Source of the DNA: a bacterium
Lineage (GTDB): Bacteria > SM23-31
NCBI GenBank assembly: GCA_965249485.1
Contig: OZ252239.1
Location: 224,001-288,000, forward strand
DNA length: 64,000 nt
Direction of reading: 5' to 3'
The notes below the pieces were generated by a model. The model was not told where the DNA came from, did not search any database, and worked only from the letters and a program-made list of their open reading frames with translations. Positions 29,635-40,765 of the stretch are shown piece after piece. The position numbers and the translations under genes were made by a program. The first letter of the stretch is position 1. Each line of letters starts with the position of its first letter.

Positions 29635-31544
29635 TGATTCTCGATTCGAAAACACCAGTTGGACCATTGCCCGACAAATGGGATAAACACAAAGCGTCGC
29701 TTCATCTTGTCAATCCTGCAAACAGGCATAAGCACACGATCATTATTGTCGGTACCGGATTGGCGGGAGCATCCGCGGCCGCATCTCTTGGGGAGCTCGG
29801 TTATGCAGTAAAAATTTTCTGCATTCAGGACTCACCACGGCGTGCTCACAGTATTGCAGCACAAGGTGGTATTAATGCTGCTAGGCAGAACCAGATCGAC
29901 GGTGATAGTGTCTGGCGTCTGTTTTACGACACAATCAAGGGAGGAGATTTCCGGTCGCGTGAAGATAATGTATACCGGCTTGCAGAAATCAGCGCCCGTA
30001 TTATTGATCAGTGTGTTGCTCAGGGTGTTCCATTTGCGCGGGAATACGGGGGTGTTCTGGCAAAACGTTCTTTCGGTGGAACACAGGTATCACGGACGTT
30101 TTATGCACGCGGTCAGACAGGACAGCAATTACTTTTGGGTGCGTACGGTTCGATGATGCGTCAGGTCGACGAGGAAATGGTTACGATATTTCCGCGGCGA
30201 GAGATGCTCGATCTTTCAGTTATCGACGGCAGAGCGCGTGGAATCGTTGTAAGAGATCTGACGACAGGAGAAATCGAAACCCATAGCGGAGATGCGGTTA
30301 TTCTGGCAACCGGTGGGTACGGCAATGCCTTTTATCTTTCGACTAACGCAAAAAATTCGAATGCAACCGCTGCATGGCGGTGCTATAAACGGGGTGCATA
30401 TTTTGCGAATCCCTGTTATGCACAAATCCATCCCACCTGTATTCCGGTTTCTGGAGATCATCAGGCAAAATTGACCTTGATGAGCGAAAGCCTGAGAAAT
30501 GACGGCCGTGTTTGGGTTCCAAAAAAGAAAGGCGATACCCGCCAACCGACCGAAATACCTGAAAACGAACGTGACTACTATCTCGAACGGAAATATCCGA
30601 GTTTCGGTAATCTGGTACCACGTGATGTTGCATCCCGGAATGCCAAAGAAGTGTGCGATGAAGGACGCGGTGTCGGCCCATCGGGGCTCTCTGTTTACCT
30701 CGATTTTGCAGATGCAATCAGCCATCATGGACGTAAAATAATTGAAGAACGTTACGGCAACCTGTTTGAAATGTATGAACGGATTACCGGCGAGAATCCG
30801 TACGAATCTCCAATGCGAATCTATCCTGCAATTCATTATACAATGGGTGGCTTGTGGGTCGACTATAATCTCATGTCGACCATTCCGGGTCTGTTCGTAC
30901 TCGGTGAGGCAAATTTTTCAGATCACGGTGCAAACCGTCTCGGTGCAAGTGCCCTCATGCAGGGACTTGCCGACGGCTATTTTGTAATCCCGTTTTCTAT
31001 CGGTGATTATATTGCGACAAACGATTTTCCATCAATCTCAGATGACCACGATGTGTTCAAGGAGAGTATCGGACAGATTAATCATGAAATAAACAAGTTG
31101 GTATCCATAAAAGGCAAGAAGACTGTTACTCATTTTCATCAGGAGCTTGGTAAAATACTTTGGGATAATGTCGGAATGTCCCGTAATGAAAAGGGGCTAC
31201 GGCATGCACTTGAAACCATTCCAAAACTCAAGGAAGAATTCTGGAATAATGTCTATGTGCCGACCGACGCAGCATCACTGAACAAGAACCTTGAATTTGC
31301 GAGCAGAGTTGCCGACTTTTTTGAATTGGGCGAGCTGATGGCACGTGATGCACTGGACCGATCTGAATCGTGCGGCTGCCACTTCCGCGAAGAAAGTCAG
31401 TTACCCGAGGGTGAAGCGCAACGGAATGACGAGAAATTCAAATACGTTTCCGCATGGGAATACAACAATGATAAAGATCCCGTTCTTCATAAAGAACCAT
31501 TGAAATTTGAAAATGTACATCTTGCGACGCGGAGCTATAAATAA
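29634..31544 (+). CDS. sdhA: Succinate dehydrogenase/fumarate reductase flavoprotein (Bacteroidota-type)
   Basis: [48 protein letters not shown] overlap with sdhC. Confidence 0.95.
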   Translation: MILDSKTPVGPLPDKWDKHKASLHLVNPANRHKHTIIIVGTGLAGASAAASLGELGYAVKIFCIQDSPRRAHSIAAQGGINAARQNQIDGDSVWRLFYDTIKGGDFRSREDNVYRLAEISARIIDQCVAQGVPFAREYGGVLAKRSFGGTQVSRTFYARGQTGQQLLLGAYGSMMRQVDEEMVTIFPRREMLDLSVIDGRARGIVVRDLTTGEIETHSGDAVILATGGYGNAFYLSTNAKNSNATAAWRCYKRGAYFANPCYAQIHPTCIPVSGDHQAKLTLMSESLRNDGRVWVPKKKGDTRQPTEIPENERDYYLERKYPSFGNLVPRDVASRNAKEVCDEGRGVGPSGLSVYLDFADAISHHGRKIIEERYGNLFEMYERITGENPYESPMRIYPAIHYTMGGLWVDYNLMSTIPGLFVLGEANFSDHGANRLGASALMQGLADGYFVIPFSIGDYIATNDFPSISDDHDVFKESIGQINHEINKLVSIKGKKTVTHFHQELGKILWDNVGMSRNEKGLRHALETIPKLKEEFWNNVYVPTDAASLNKNLEFASRVADFFELGELMARDALDRSESCGCHFREESQLPEGEAQRNDEKFKYVSAWEYNNDKDPVLHKEPLKFENVHLATRSYK

Positions 31545-31620
31545 GTACTGGTGAGCACTGTATCAAGAGCAGTAATCAATGGGCTTGTACGCCTTATCAT
31601 GTAATAGGGAGCACAATTCT

Positions 31621-32394
31621 ATGAAAACAATGACAATACATTTACGGATCTGGCGGCAGAAAAACGATAAAAGTCCCGGTAGATTGATTCCGTATACTGT
31701 GACCGACATAACGGAAGAGATGTCGTTTTTGGAAGTGCTCGATATTTTGAATGAGCAGCTTCTTGAGAAGGGCGAAGAACCAATTGAGTTCGACAACGAC
31801 TGCAGAGAAGGTATTTGCGGTATGTGCAGTATGGTTATTAACGGCATTGCACACGGGTCCTATCCTGCAACAGCAACCTGCCAGCTCCATATGCGCATGT
31901 TCGAAGATGGCGACACAATCACGGTTGAGCCATTTCGTGCCAAACCATTTCCCATCATCAAAGATCTCGTTGTTGATCGTTATGCGTTTGACAGGATTAT
32001 TGCTGTTGGCGGGTTTACCTCGATCAATGTGGGCAGTGCCCCGGAAGCAAACAGCATCCTCATTCCGAAAGACCATGCTGACAAAGCTATGGACGCTGCA
32101 GCATGTATTGGCTGTGGCGCCTGTGTTGCTGCATGCCCGAATGCATCAGCAACACTGTTTGTATCTGCAAAAATTGCTCAGCTTGCTCTACTGCCGCAGG
32201 GGCATCCGGAGAGGAAACGGCGCGCGCATCGGATGATCACGCAGATGGATGAGGAAGGATTCGGCGACTGCTCAAATCACGCAGAATGCGAAGCTGTCTG
32301 TCCAAAAGAAATATCGATTTCCAATATAGCCTATATGAAAAGAGAATATGCAAAGGCGGTCATTTCACGCGGTTGGCTCGATCCCCATTTTTAA
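31621..32394 (+). CDS. sdhB: Succinate dehydrogenase/fumarate reductase iron-sulfur subunit
   Basis: [34 protein letters not shown]; likely start MKTMTI at 31621. Confidence 0.95.
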   Translation: MKTMTIHLRIWRQKNDKSPGRLIPYTVTDITEEMSFLEVLDILNEQLLEKGEEPIEFDNDCREGICGMCSMVINGIAHGSYPATATCQLHMRMFEDGDTITVEPFRAKPFPIIKDLVVDRYAFDRIIAVGGFTSINVGSAPEANSILIPKDHADKAMDAAACIGCGACVAACPNASATLFVSAKIAQLALLPQGHPERKRRAHRMITQMDEEGFGDCSNHAECEAVCPKEISISNIAYMKREYAKAVISRGWLDPHF

Positions 32395-32507
32395 TGATTC
32401 AAGCGATTATAATATTCAAAGAAGTATACTATTCAATGCCGGCAGTAACGCTGGCATTCTTGTTTTATTGCGAAATGAAATAATCAGAGAAAGTAGTATA
32501 GGGCACT

Positions 32508-32858
32508 TCAAACACGCCATAGAAGAAAAGCGGCGATAAGTGTCCCGATAATTGCCCCGCCGTATGAGAAGAAGGAGAGGACTGTTTTTTGTTTCCAGAG
32601 ACCTGTATGGACGACCGTAAAATAGAAACGGTGCGCAAAATGGAAAAATGGCAGTGCGATGACGGCAAGAAGAATTAATTTCAAGACTGGATTGGCGACA
32701 GCATCCTTCATCCGCTCATAGGATATTGCAGCTTCATCTATGAGATTGAACGGAATGGCAAACCCGATAATCACAATCAGTATCGGTAGGAAAATAGCCG
32801 CCATTACGCCCCCCGCTGAGAAAAGCCCCCACCAAATCGGCTCATGTGATTTCTGCAT
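32508..32858 (-). CDS. frdD: Fumarate reductase subunit D
   Basis: SHEPIWWGLFSAGG...HFAHR matches the E. coli FrdD pattern; 3 TM. Confidence 0.88.
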   Translation of the reverse strand: MQKSHEPIWWGLFSAGGVMAAIFLPILIVIIGFAIPFNLIDEAAISYERMKDAVANPVLKLILLAVIALPFFHFAHRFYFTVVHTGLWKQKTVLSFFSYGGAIIGTLIAAFLLWRV

Positions 32859-32893
32859 ATTTTATTCTCCTAATATGATCGCTGGAAAATGCA

Positions 32894-33280
32894 TTAAAGA
32901 TACACGATAATCCATGTAATGATAACTGAGACAGCTACCCATCCGGAATAGACTCCACCGAGAATTACCCACTCGGGAATTTTTTGCTCGCCAACCCAGA
33001 ACACCATCACTTTTGGTGTCAGGTCGAACCATGTATACGTATGGTAGAGCGCAAACAGCAGAACAATCCAATGAACTACTATCGCAGGTGTAGATTTTAG
33101 AACTGCTATTAATGTGTTGTAGACTTCAGGGCCTTCACCGAGTGCGTAGATAAATGTCAGGAGGAATATACAAAATCCAGCGATAAACAGGCTTGTCATT
33201 TCTCTGACAATAAACATGAAATAGGGCCACCTGCTGAACCAGAGTCTATGAGGCGGCGGCCGGAGATACGGTTTCGGCAT
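32894..33280 (-). CDS. frdC: Fumarate reductase subunit C
   Basis: KPYLRP..W...VREMTS, HTYTWFDLTPK; 3 TM. Confidence 0.88.
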   Translation of the reverse strand: MPKPYLRPPPHRLWFSRWPYFMFIVREMTSLFIAGFCIFLLTFIYALGEGPEVYNTLIAVLKSTPAIVVHWIVLLFALYHTYTWFDLTPKVMVFWVGEQKIPEWVILGGVYSGWVAVSVIITWIIVYL

Positions 33281-33359
33281 GCGTTACTCCCGTAATTTAC
33301 TAAATTGACGGAATGTTTGTTACTATTTTCATTCCTAAAGTTTTGGTATAACCATTTTG

Positions 33360-34109
33360 TCAGTCTTTTCCTCCGAAGGGCAGGAGAAGCGATTTGAAAT
33401 AATTTTGTGTATTGATAACCTTTGCTTGTTGAATAGCCGCTGCAGGATCAACATTTTTGGGACAGACTTTCGTGCATTCTCCGACAAATGTGCATTCCCA
33501 AATCCCCTCGTGGCTCGCGATATATTCCTCCCGCTTTGCAGCTCCCTGATCCCGCGAATCGAGATTATATCTCATCGCAAGCGCAACTGCTGCCGGACCA
33601 ATAAAATTATTATTTACCACATAGACCGGGCATGCTGAATAACAAAGCATACAATTGATGCACATCGAAAGCTGTTTATAGCGTGCAAGCTGGGCCGGTT
33701 TTTGGAGATACTCACCCATTTCTACCGATTTTTCACCTTCTTTCCTGACGATCCACGGGCGGATCTCCCGCAGTTTCTTCATGAAATCGTCCATGACAAT
33801 AATTAGATCTCGTTCAACCGGAAATCCGAGGAGCGGTTCGACACGAACTTTTTCCGGATAGTAATCTTTAAGAAAAGTCGCACAGGTCAGTTGCGGAATT
33901 CCGTTCACCATCATACCGCAGCTTCCGCAAACTCCCATCCGGCATGACCATCTGTATGAGAGTGTTCCGTCGATTTTATCCTTGATATAGTTGATTCCAT
34001 CAAGAATTACCCAGTCGTCTTTGAACGGGATTTCATATGTTTTATACGTCGGTTTATCTTCTATGTCCGGGCGGTACCGGAAAACTTCGAGTTTTATCTT
34101 TTTAGACAT
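33360..34109 (-). CDS. frdB: Fumarate reductase iron-sulfur subunit
   Basis: LSYRWSCRMGVCGSC, CINCMLCYSACP, CTFVGECTKVCPKNVDP. Confidence 0.93.
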   Translation of the reverse strand: MSKKIKLEVFRYRPDIEDKPTYKTYEIPFKDDWVILDGINYIKDKIDGTLSYRWSCRMGVCGSCGMMVNGIPQLTCATFLKDYYPEKVRVEPLLGFPVERDLIIVMDDFMKKLREIRPWIVRKEGEKSVEMGEYLQKPAQLARYKQLSMCINCMLCYSACPVYVVNNNFIGPAAVALAMRYNLDSRDQGAAKREEYIASHEGIWECTFVGECTKVCPKNVDPAAAIQQAKVINTQNYFKSLLLPFGGKD

Positions 34110-34224
34110 ACGTCTCCGACCGATTTAATATTAAGTGCTCAATTCTACGCTAGCCATAGGGCATTAAGGATTTCCACAATAGTACTGATGGAACTCTTTG
34201 TTCCGGAATAAAATAACAGGCATT

Positions 34225-35976
34225 CTATTTTCCATAAACTCGTTCACCGGGAGGCCATCGTGTGATCACGACATCTTTATATTCAATACGTGGTCCGTCG
34301 TCGGATCTGTATGCGAGTGAGTGGTTGAGATACGTATCATTGTTCCGTTCAGGATAATCGGTACGCTGATGGGATCCGCGGCTCTCTTTCCGTTCGAGAG
34401 CGCTGTGTGCAAGCGCCTGGGCCACATCCAGCATACTATCCAATTCCAGTGCTGATACAAGTTCAGTATTAAATGTTAACGTTTTATCGTCAAGATTAAT
34501 ATTGTTAAAACGATCGCGCAGTTCTGCAAGTTTTTCGCACGTCTGCTGCAGGCTCTCTTCCGTCCGGTAAATGCCGGCACCTTCTTCCATTGCTACCTGC
34601 ATTTCGTGCCTGATTGTGGAAATCCGCTCCTTCCCATCGTGCTTCCTGAAGTAGGTTGCAGCGATTCGCTCCTGCTCATCTTTTTCCTGCTTTTCGAGTA
34701 TTCCAAGATCCGATTCGGGATGTTCACGTACCAAATCGACGGCACTTGTTCCCGCCTGCGCGCCGAACACCAGAATTTCCGTCAGTGAATTCGATCCGAG
34801 CCGGTTTGCACCGTTAATTGAAACACATGCACACTCTCCGGCAGCAAGCAGGCCGGGAAGACTTGTCTCCGAATTAATATCGGTGTCGATTCCCCCCATA
34901 CAGTAATGGATAACGGGACGTACCGGAATTGGCTTAAACACTGGGTCGATCCCCACATATTTTGTCGCAAGTTCCCGAACAAAGGGAATTTTTTTGTCTA
35001 TTTTTTTCTCACCGAGGTGTCTGACATCAAGATGCACATAATGACCGTATTCACCCGGTATGGTCCGTCCCTTATCAAATTCCTTCATAAATGCCTGACT
35101 GAGCCTGTCACGGGGACCAAGCTCCATGCTCTTCTTTACAGGATGTTTGGGATCGGTAATCTTGACCGGTGTACCGAGATCGTAATCCTGAAGATATCGA
35201 TATCCATCCTTATTAACGAGAATTCCTCCTTCACCACGTGCAGCTTCAGTAATGAGAATTCCCGTGCCGGGAAGCCCGGTCGGGTGGTATTGCACAAATT
35301 CAAGGTCTTTGAGCGGTACACCTGCCCGGTACGCCAGCGCCATACCGTCCCCGGTTTTGATCGAGCCGTTGGTCGTGAAAGGAAAAATTCTCCCCGCACC
35401 ACCGGTACAAACGATGACCGCTTTTGCAGTGATCGCTTCCACTTTACCGGAACGGAGCTCAAGTGCAGTTACACCCTGACAGCGTCCGTTTTCAACAAGA
35501 ATTTTTGTCGCAAACCACTCATCGTATTGGGTGATGTTGTTGAATTTTAATGAGGTCTGATAGAGAGAATGGAGCAGATGAAAACCGGTTTTGTCTGCTG
35601 CATACCAAGTCCGCTCGATTTTCATACCACCAAACGGACGGACTGCAACTTTCCCGCTCTGCTCCCGGCTCCAGGGGCATCCCCAGTGTTCAAGCCGAAT
35701 CAGTTCATCGGGAGCCTGCCGAACAAAATATTCGACGGCATCCTGATCACAGAGCCAGTCTCCACCGGCAATGGTATCTATACAATGATCGTCAAGGGAG
35801 TCGTTATTTTTGATTACGGCGGCTGCACCGCCTTCAGCAGCAACAGTATGACTGCGCATCGGGTAGACTTTACTTACCAGGGCAACATTCAGATCAGGAT
35901 TCGTTTCACCTATCGCAATTGCAGCTCTTAAACCGGCACCGCCTCCTCCGACGATCACGATATCGTGCTGAATCAT
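34225..35976 (-). CDS. frdA: Fumarate reductase flavoprotein subunit (E. coli-like)
   Basis: [56 protein letters not shown]. Confidence 0.95.
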   Translation of the reverse strand: MIQHDIVIVGGGGAGLRAAIAIGETNPDLNVALVSKVYPMRSHTVAAEGGAAAVIKNNDSLDDHCIDTIAGGDWLCDQDAVEYFVRQAPDELIRLEHWGCPWSREQSGKVAVRPFGGMKIERTWYAADKTGFHLLHSLYQTSLKFNNITQYDEWFATKILVENGRCQGVTALELRSGKVEAITAKAVIVCTGGAGRIFPFTTNGSIKTGDGMALAYRAGVPLKDLEFVQYHPTGLPGTGILITEAARGEGGILVNKDGYRYLQDYDLGTPVKITDPKHPVKKSMELGPRDRLSQAFMKEFDKGRTIPGEYGHYVHLDVRHLGEKKIDKKIPFVRELATKYVGIDPVFKPIPVRPVIHYCMGGIDTDINSETSLPGLLAAGECACVSINGANRLGSNSLTEILVFGAQAGTSAVDLVREHPESDLGILEKQEKDEQERIAATYFRKHDGKERISTIRHEMQVAMEEGAGIYRTEESLQQTCEKLAELRDRFNNINLDDKTLTFNTELVSALELDSMLDVAQALAHSALERKESRGSHQRTDYPERNNDTYLNHSLAYRSDDGPRIEYKDVVITRWPPGERVYGK

Positions 35977-36111
35977 TTGAAGTGTCTATCCATATTTATT
36001 TTTGTAGGACTTGATAAATTTACACATAAAACTACCATTGTCAAGGTCATTTTCCATAACCAGAATAGAAAAATTTATATATTAGTGAAACGAGTGGCGG
36101 GAAAAACGGAA

Positions 36112-37074
36112 CTAAAGCATTATCTTCTGACCTTCATATGCAGCAAAGCTTTCAGGATATAGTTTCTGAGCACTTTTTTCAATTGCCGTAATCGTCTTAT
36201 CGTCGTAAGCAGGGTCGTGATGGACAAGTGCAAGCCGGCCGATCTTTGCTTTTTTAGCAACTTCTATAGCCATTTCCATAGTGCTATGTCCGAATCCCTG
36301 TTTATTCTGATTCAACGATTTGTACATGTCTTTGGTATAACCAGCATCATGGATAAGAAGGTCAGCATTTTTTGCAAAGTTAATTAACCGCGTATCGCCG
36401 TATACATATCCTTCAGTATCGGTTGCAATAACAACCGATTTGTTATTATATTCGATTTTGAAGATCATTACACCACCATTTGGATGAGCGTAACTCTTCA
36501 TACAGGATATACGTACATCATTATCTTTTTCAACCTGTTTTTTCCGCTCGAATTCACGATAATCATTTATGACAAATGGTATGCCTTGTTTCTGACTCCA
36601 ATATATTGATTCAACCTGAGTGATAGACCTGAACAACTTAAGAGAATGCATATCATTAAGTGAAATCGGATAATATGGAGGTGTAATCAATTCATCGACT
36701 GCATCCTGGAATGTGGAATATTGTGTGTCGGGACCGTAGATATAATAAGTGCTGTCGGGAAGAAACATCGGCGAAAAAAAAGGAAGTCCTTGAATATGGT
36801 CAACATGCAGATGAGAAAAAAGAATGATCGCTTCTATCGGAGTTCTGGTTTCCGGAGATTTTCCTGATGCCGCATACAACTGCATCAGGTCATTTCCGAG
36901 GCCGATTATTCCAGATCCTGCATCAACAATGATTAAACAGTCACCGGCATGTACTTCATAACATGTTGTGTGGCCGCCAAATTTATGATATTCTTTTCCG
37001 GATATAGCATAGCTACCACGGACACCTCTAAAATGTACACTTAAATCGGATTTTTTCTTCGATGTGGGAGTCAA
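36112..37074 (-). CDS. MBL-fold metallo-hydrolase (RNase Z/phosphodiesterase-like)
   Basis: FRGVRGS, GGHTTC, SHLHVDHIQG (HxHxDH), LIHDA, GHS, HHDP. Confidence 0.85.
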   Translation of the reverse strand: MTPTSKKKSDLSVHFRGVRGSYAISGKEYHKFGGHTTCYEVHAGDCLIIVDAGSGIIGLGNDLMQLYAASGKSPETRTPIEAIILFSHLHVDHIQGLPFFSPMFLPDSTYYIYGPDTQYSTFQDAVDELITPPYYPISLNDMHSLKLFRSITQVESIYWSQKQGIPFVINDYREFERKKQVEKDNDVRISCMKSYAHPNGGVMIFKIEYNNKSVVIATDTEGYVYGDTRLINFAKNADLLIHDAGYTKDMYKSLNQNKQGFGHSTMEMAIEVAKKAKIGRLALVHHDPAYDDKTITAIEKSAQKLYPESFAAYEGQKIML

Positions 37075-37303
37075 AACAGGACCTTCGTCTCTTTACGATA
37101 CGACAACCGATAATCTCTGGATTCAATCATAGAATTCATCGGGGTCATTACATTTGATTCGGGGACAAAACGTGAGCGGTTATCTCTAACCGCCGTACTG
37201 AAGAATAATATTCAGAAAAAAGTGCGCATAATAGTGTTCTTCTGTGAGGCAATATACAATATTCATGAGCGTTAGTCAAGCGTCTTTTTCCGACTTATTA
37301 AGG

Positions 37304-37321
37304 CTGTGATATGAATCACAG
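37304..37321. promoter_or_regulatory. CRP-family consensus operator
   Basis: CTGTGAT-ATGA-ATCACAG, a perfect TGTGA-N6-TCACA palindrome between the rnc end and the MBL/frd start. Confidence 0.55.
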
Positions 37322-37391
37322 TTGAGAAAAAAAAGGTGACCCGGATCAATAATAGCACTCGATGATGCGAAAATCTTCCTGTCTATTCCAA

Positions 37392-38150
37392 TCAACTTTT
37401 TGAGACCTTGTCAAGAGCTGTTCGAGCTGCTTTCTGCTCTGCTGATTTTTTGCTCATCCCTTTTCCGGTTCCGTAAGTTTTGCCACCGATCTTAACCACA
37501 ACTGTGTAAGTCTTTTTATGATCGGGTCCTGTTTCACGGCTCGTCACAAACTTCGGCATGGGAAGATGCCGTTTTTGCACATATTCGAGCAGATCACCTT
37601 TGTAGTTACTTCCTTCGGAGCGGAGAGATTCTTCGTAATTTTTTAGCACAACAGATTCGACAAAGCCACGGGCGGCGTTGTGTCCTCCATCCATGTACAG
37701 GGCGCCAATAATCGATTCAAAAGCGTTTGAAAGAATGGAATTTTTATACCTGCCTCCGGACCGTTTTTCACCTTCTCCAAGTGATAAGTATTTTCCGAGC
37801 TGGATAAATTTACCCTTTTTTGCAAGAAAATCTCTGCTCACAAGAGCTGCACGCTTAATTGTCAGATCTCCCTCAGGGGCATCCTGAAATGTTTTGTAGA
37901 GAAAATCTCCAACATAAAAATTCACAAGTGCGTCACCAAGAAACTCTAAACGTTCATTTGATAAGTCATTTACCGGCGGTAAACAGGAAGAGTGTGATCT
38001 GTGGCGGAGTGCTTCCCTGAAGATATCTTTATTCCTGATTCTGTATTCCAGTTGTTCCTGAAGTTCCTGCCAGTTGATATGATCTTGCGATTCAGAAATG
38101 TATTTTTTCGGAAAAAAACCTGGAAAATGTTTTCTGAGTATTGTTAACAT
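37392..38150 (-). CDS. rnc: Ribonuclease III
   Basis: NERLEFLGDA, FESIIGALYMDGG, C-terminal dsRBD. Confidence 0.97.
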   Translation of the reverse strand: MLTILRKHFPGFFPKKYISESQDHINWQELQEQLEYRIRNKDIFREALRHRSHSSCLPPVNDLSNERLEFLGDALVNFYVGDFLYKTFQDAPEGDLTIKRAALVSRDFLAKKGKFIQLGKYLSLGEGEKRSGGRYKNSILSNAFESIIGALYMDGGHNAARGFVESVVLKNYEESLRSEGSNYKGDLLEYVQKRHLPMPKFVTSRETGPDHKKTYTVVVKIGGKTYGTGKGMSKKSAEQKAARTALDKVSKS

Positions 38151-38243
38151 ACAACGAATAGCCGTGGCGCTATATAAAGAGCACCTGTTTGTGATTGTGA
38201 TTGTGATTAAATGGCAAAATGTTTTTCAGACCACATTCATCCA

Positions 38244-39482
38244 TTAATCGTAAACCCGTGCAATCAAAGAGGCATTATGTCCGCCAAACCCAAACGTATT
38301 GCTCAAAATTGAGCGAATTTCCTGTTTCCGGGCAGTATTCGGGACATAATCCAGATCGCAGTCTGGATCTTTGGTAGTGTAATTAATTGTCGGGGGGATA
38401 CATCCGTACTTCATTGCTAGAAGAGAAGCAATCAGTTCAACAGCACCAGAGGCGCCAAGAAGATGACCTGTCATTGATTTTGTAGAACTGATAGGTACTT
38501 TATACGCATAATCTTCAAAAACTGTTTTTATCGCAACTGTTTCGGTGCGATCATTGTACGGTGTTGATGTACCGTGTGCATTAATATAGTCAATTTCGTC
38601 CGGTCTCATACCTGCTTCTTTAAGCGCAAGTGACATTGACCGGACAGCCCCTTCCCCCTTGGGAGCAGGTTCCGTAATGTGGTGTGCATCCGCTGTAAAA
38701 CCCGTCCCGACTATTTCACCATAAATTTTTGCATTCCGTTTTAGGGCACTTTTCTCCGACTCGAGTATTACGATACCGGCCCCTTCACCAAGCACAAAAC
38801 CATCACGGTCACGATCAAATGGCCTGCTCGCTTCTGCCGGTTTGTCGTTGTTAGTCGATAGCGCCTTCATATTTGCAAAACCGCTGATGCTTATCTGGGT
38901 GACAGCCGCTTCGGACCCACCGGTAAAAATTATATCGGAGTCCCCTCTTTGAATTGTCTTGAACGACTCGCCGATTGCATGGGTAGCGGAGGCGCATGCT
39001 GATGTTATAGCATAATTCGGACCCTTGAATCCGTGCATAATGGAAACATATCCGGGAGCAATATCAGTGATCATCATCGGAATATAGAACGGACTCACAC
39101 CTCGCGGCCCTCTATCTTTTAGAATGAAACACTGTCTTTCATGTGTTTCAATACCCCCGATTCCTGAACCAAGGATTACTCCGATTCTATTCCGGTCTTG
39201 TTTTTCAAAATCAAGTTCAGAATCGGCTACTGCCATAGCGGATGCGGCAACTGCTAATTGGGTGAACCTGTCCATGCGCCGCTGAGTTTTCTTTTCGATG
39301 AATTCATCGGCATTAAAACCTTTGACTTCTCCTGCAATCTTAACTGAAAACTCTGTCGAGTCAAAACGAGTTATGGGTCCGAGACCGCTTTTACCGTTCG
39401 ACAACGATTTCCAGTATTCATCTATTGTGTTACCACAAGGAGAAAGTACTCCCAATCCTGTAATTAATACTCTCTGGTTCAT
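38244..39482 (-). CDS. fabF: 3-oxoacyl-ACP synthase II
   Basis: SACAS, NAHGTST, KSMTGHLLGA, FGFGGHN. Confidence 0.97.
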   Translation of the reverse strand: MNQRVLITGLGVLSPCGNTIDEYWKSLSNGKSGLGPITRFDSTEFSVKIAGEVKGFNADEFIEKKTQRRMDRFTQLAVAASAMAVADSELDFEKQDRNRIGVILGSGIGGIETHERQCFILKDRGPRGVSPFYIPMMITDIAPGYVSIMHGFKGPNYAITSACASATHAIGESFKTIQRGDSDIIFTGGSEAAVTQISISGFANMKALSTNNDKPAEASRPFDRDRDGFVLGEGAGIVILESEKSALKRNAKIYGEIVGTGFTADAHHITEPAPKGEGAVRSMSLALKEAGMRPDEIDYINAHGTSTPYNDRTETVAIKTVFEDYAYKVPISSTKSMTGHLLGASGAVELIASLLAMKYGCIPPTINYTTKDPDCDLDYVPNTARKQEIRSILSNTFGFGGHNASLIARVYD

Positions 39483-39489
39483 TTATACA

Positions 39490-39726
39490 TTAGTCCAAAT
39501 GTTCATCAAGGTAGTGTATTGCAGATCCTACAGTTGTTAATTTTTCTGCATCTTCATCTGGAATTTCAAGATTAAATTCTTCTTCTAATGCCATGACAAG
39601 CTCAACAGTATCAAGAGAATCGGCCCCAAGGTCTTCAATGAATTTTGCTTCTTCTTTAACCTCGCCTGCATCGACTCCCAACTGTTCAACAATAATTTCT
39701 TTGACTCTTTCTGAATATGACGACAT
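39490..39726 (-). CDS. acpP: Acyl carrier protein
   Basis: [12 protein letters not shown]; start MSSYSERV at 39726 with AGGAGG Shine-Dalgarno. Confidence 0.97.
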   Translation of the reverse strand: MSSYSERVKEIIVEQLGVDAGEVKEEAKFIEDLGADSLDTVELVMALEEEFNLEIPDEDAEKLTTVGSAIHYLDEHLD

Positions 39727-39920
39727 AAAGTGTCCTCCTGAATGTTGCACATACCACAAAATATGGTATTTTCGGCGATTCAATTCCCTGGTTTGGATAA
39801 TCCAAGTCGTTGAACATTGGCCATGAATCTTTAACTTTAATTTAAAAAGACGCTAATATAATGAATAAAATGGTTTAAAACACGTTTTTTCTCTTTTTGC
39901 ATCACCCTGGCGATAAGACA

Positions 39921-40673
39921 TCACATTATCAATCCGCCGTCCACATGAATTACCTGACCCGTTATATAACTGCTGGCGTCCGAAACCAGAAAATGGACAA
40001 GATTTGCAACTTCCTGTGTTGTGCCGTAGCGGCTCAGCGGGATTTCAGAGAGATATTTCTCTCTGACTTCGTCGGGCAGCGATTCTGTCATTGCTGTCTG
40101 AATAAATCCGGGCGCTATTGCATTCACACGGATTCCGCGCGATGCAAATTCCTTTGCGGCAGATTTAGTTACTCCGAGCAGGCCCGCTTTCGAAGCAGAG
40201 TAATTGATTTGACCTGCATTACCCATAACACCGATTACCGAGGAAACATTTACGATTGTTCCGCTCCGTTGTTTCATCATCTGTCTGGCAACTCCTCTAA
40301 TACAGTTGAAAGCACCTGTCAGATTTATATTGAGAACCATATTCCACTGCTCGTCGGTCATCCTCATAATATAACCGTCACGTGTGATGCCCGCATTGTT
40401 GATCAGAATATCGATCGCGGAAAATTCTTCGGTAATTCGCTGAACCATCTGCTTAACAGAGTCTGAATCGGTTATGTCGGCAATATGGACGAGTGCACGG
40501 ACACCAAGATTTTGAATTTCTTTCATCGTCTGCTCAGCCAATTCACTGTTCACATCATTGACAACAATGTTTGCACCAGCCTGAGCAAGTGCAAGCGCTA
40601 TATCTTTACCAATCCCCTGAGCCGAGCCGGTTACCAGAGCGGTTTTCCCATCTAATTTATAGAATGAGTCCAC
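39921..40673 (-). CDS. fabG: 3-oxoacyl-ACP reductase
   Basis: TGSAQGIG, NNAGITRD, YSASK; position within the fab cluster. Confidence 0.95.
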   Translation of the reverse strand: MDSFYKLDGKTALVTGSAQGIGKDIALALAQAGANIVVNDVNSELAEQTMKEIQNLGVRALVHIADITDSDSVKQMVQRITEEFSAIDILINNAGITRDGYIMRMTDEQWNMVLNINLTGAFNCIRGVARQMMKQRSGTIVNVSSVIGVMGNAGQINYSASKAGLLGVTKSAAKEFASRGIRVNAIAPGFIQTAMTESLPDEVREKYLSEIPLSRYGTTQEVANLVHFLVSDASSYITGQVIHVDGGLIM

Positions 40674-40765
40674 GTGTCACCTTTATATTCTCAATAATAA
40701 TTGTTTGAATCCTTTATTGTTTTTTACTAAGGGAATCGATTTTAAATAGTTAATGAAGTCTGCAG

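Noticed and set aside
30216..30836. Long antisense or alternate-frame ORFs (e.g. 30216-30836, 34906-35550, 39897-40466, 46237-46782)
   Set aside because: They lie wholly within conserved genes and have no recognisable motifs; shadow ORFs.
38189..38208. (TTGTGA)x3 tandem repeat between fabF and rnc
   Set aside because: Too short, with no spacers; not a CRISPR and no evident function.
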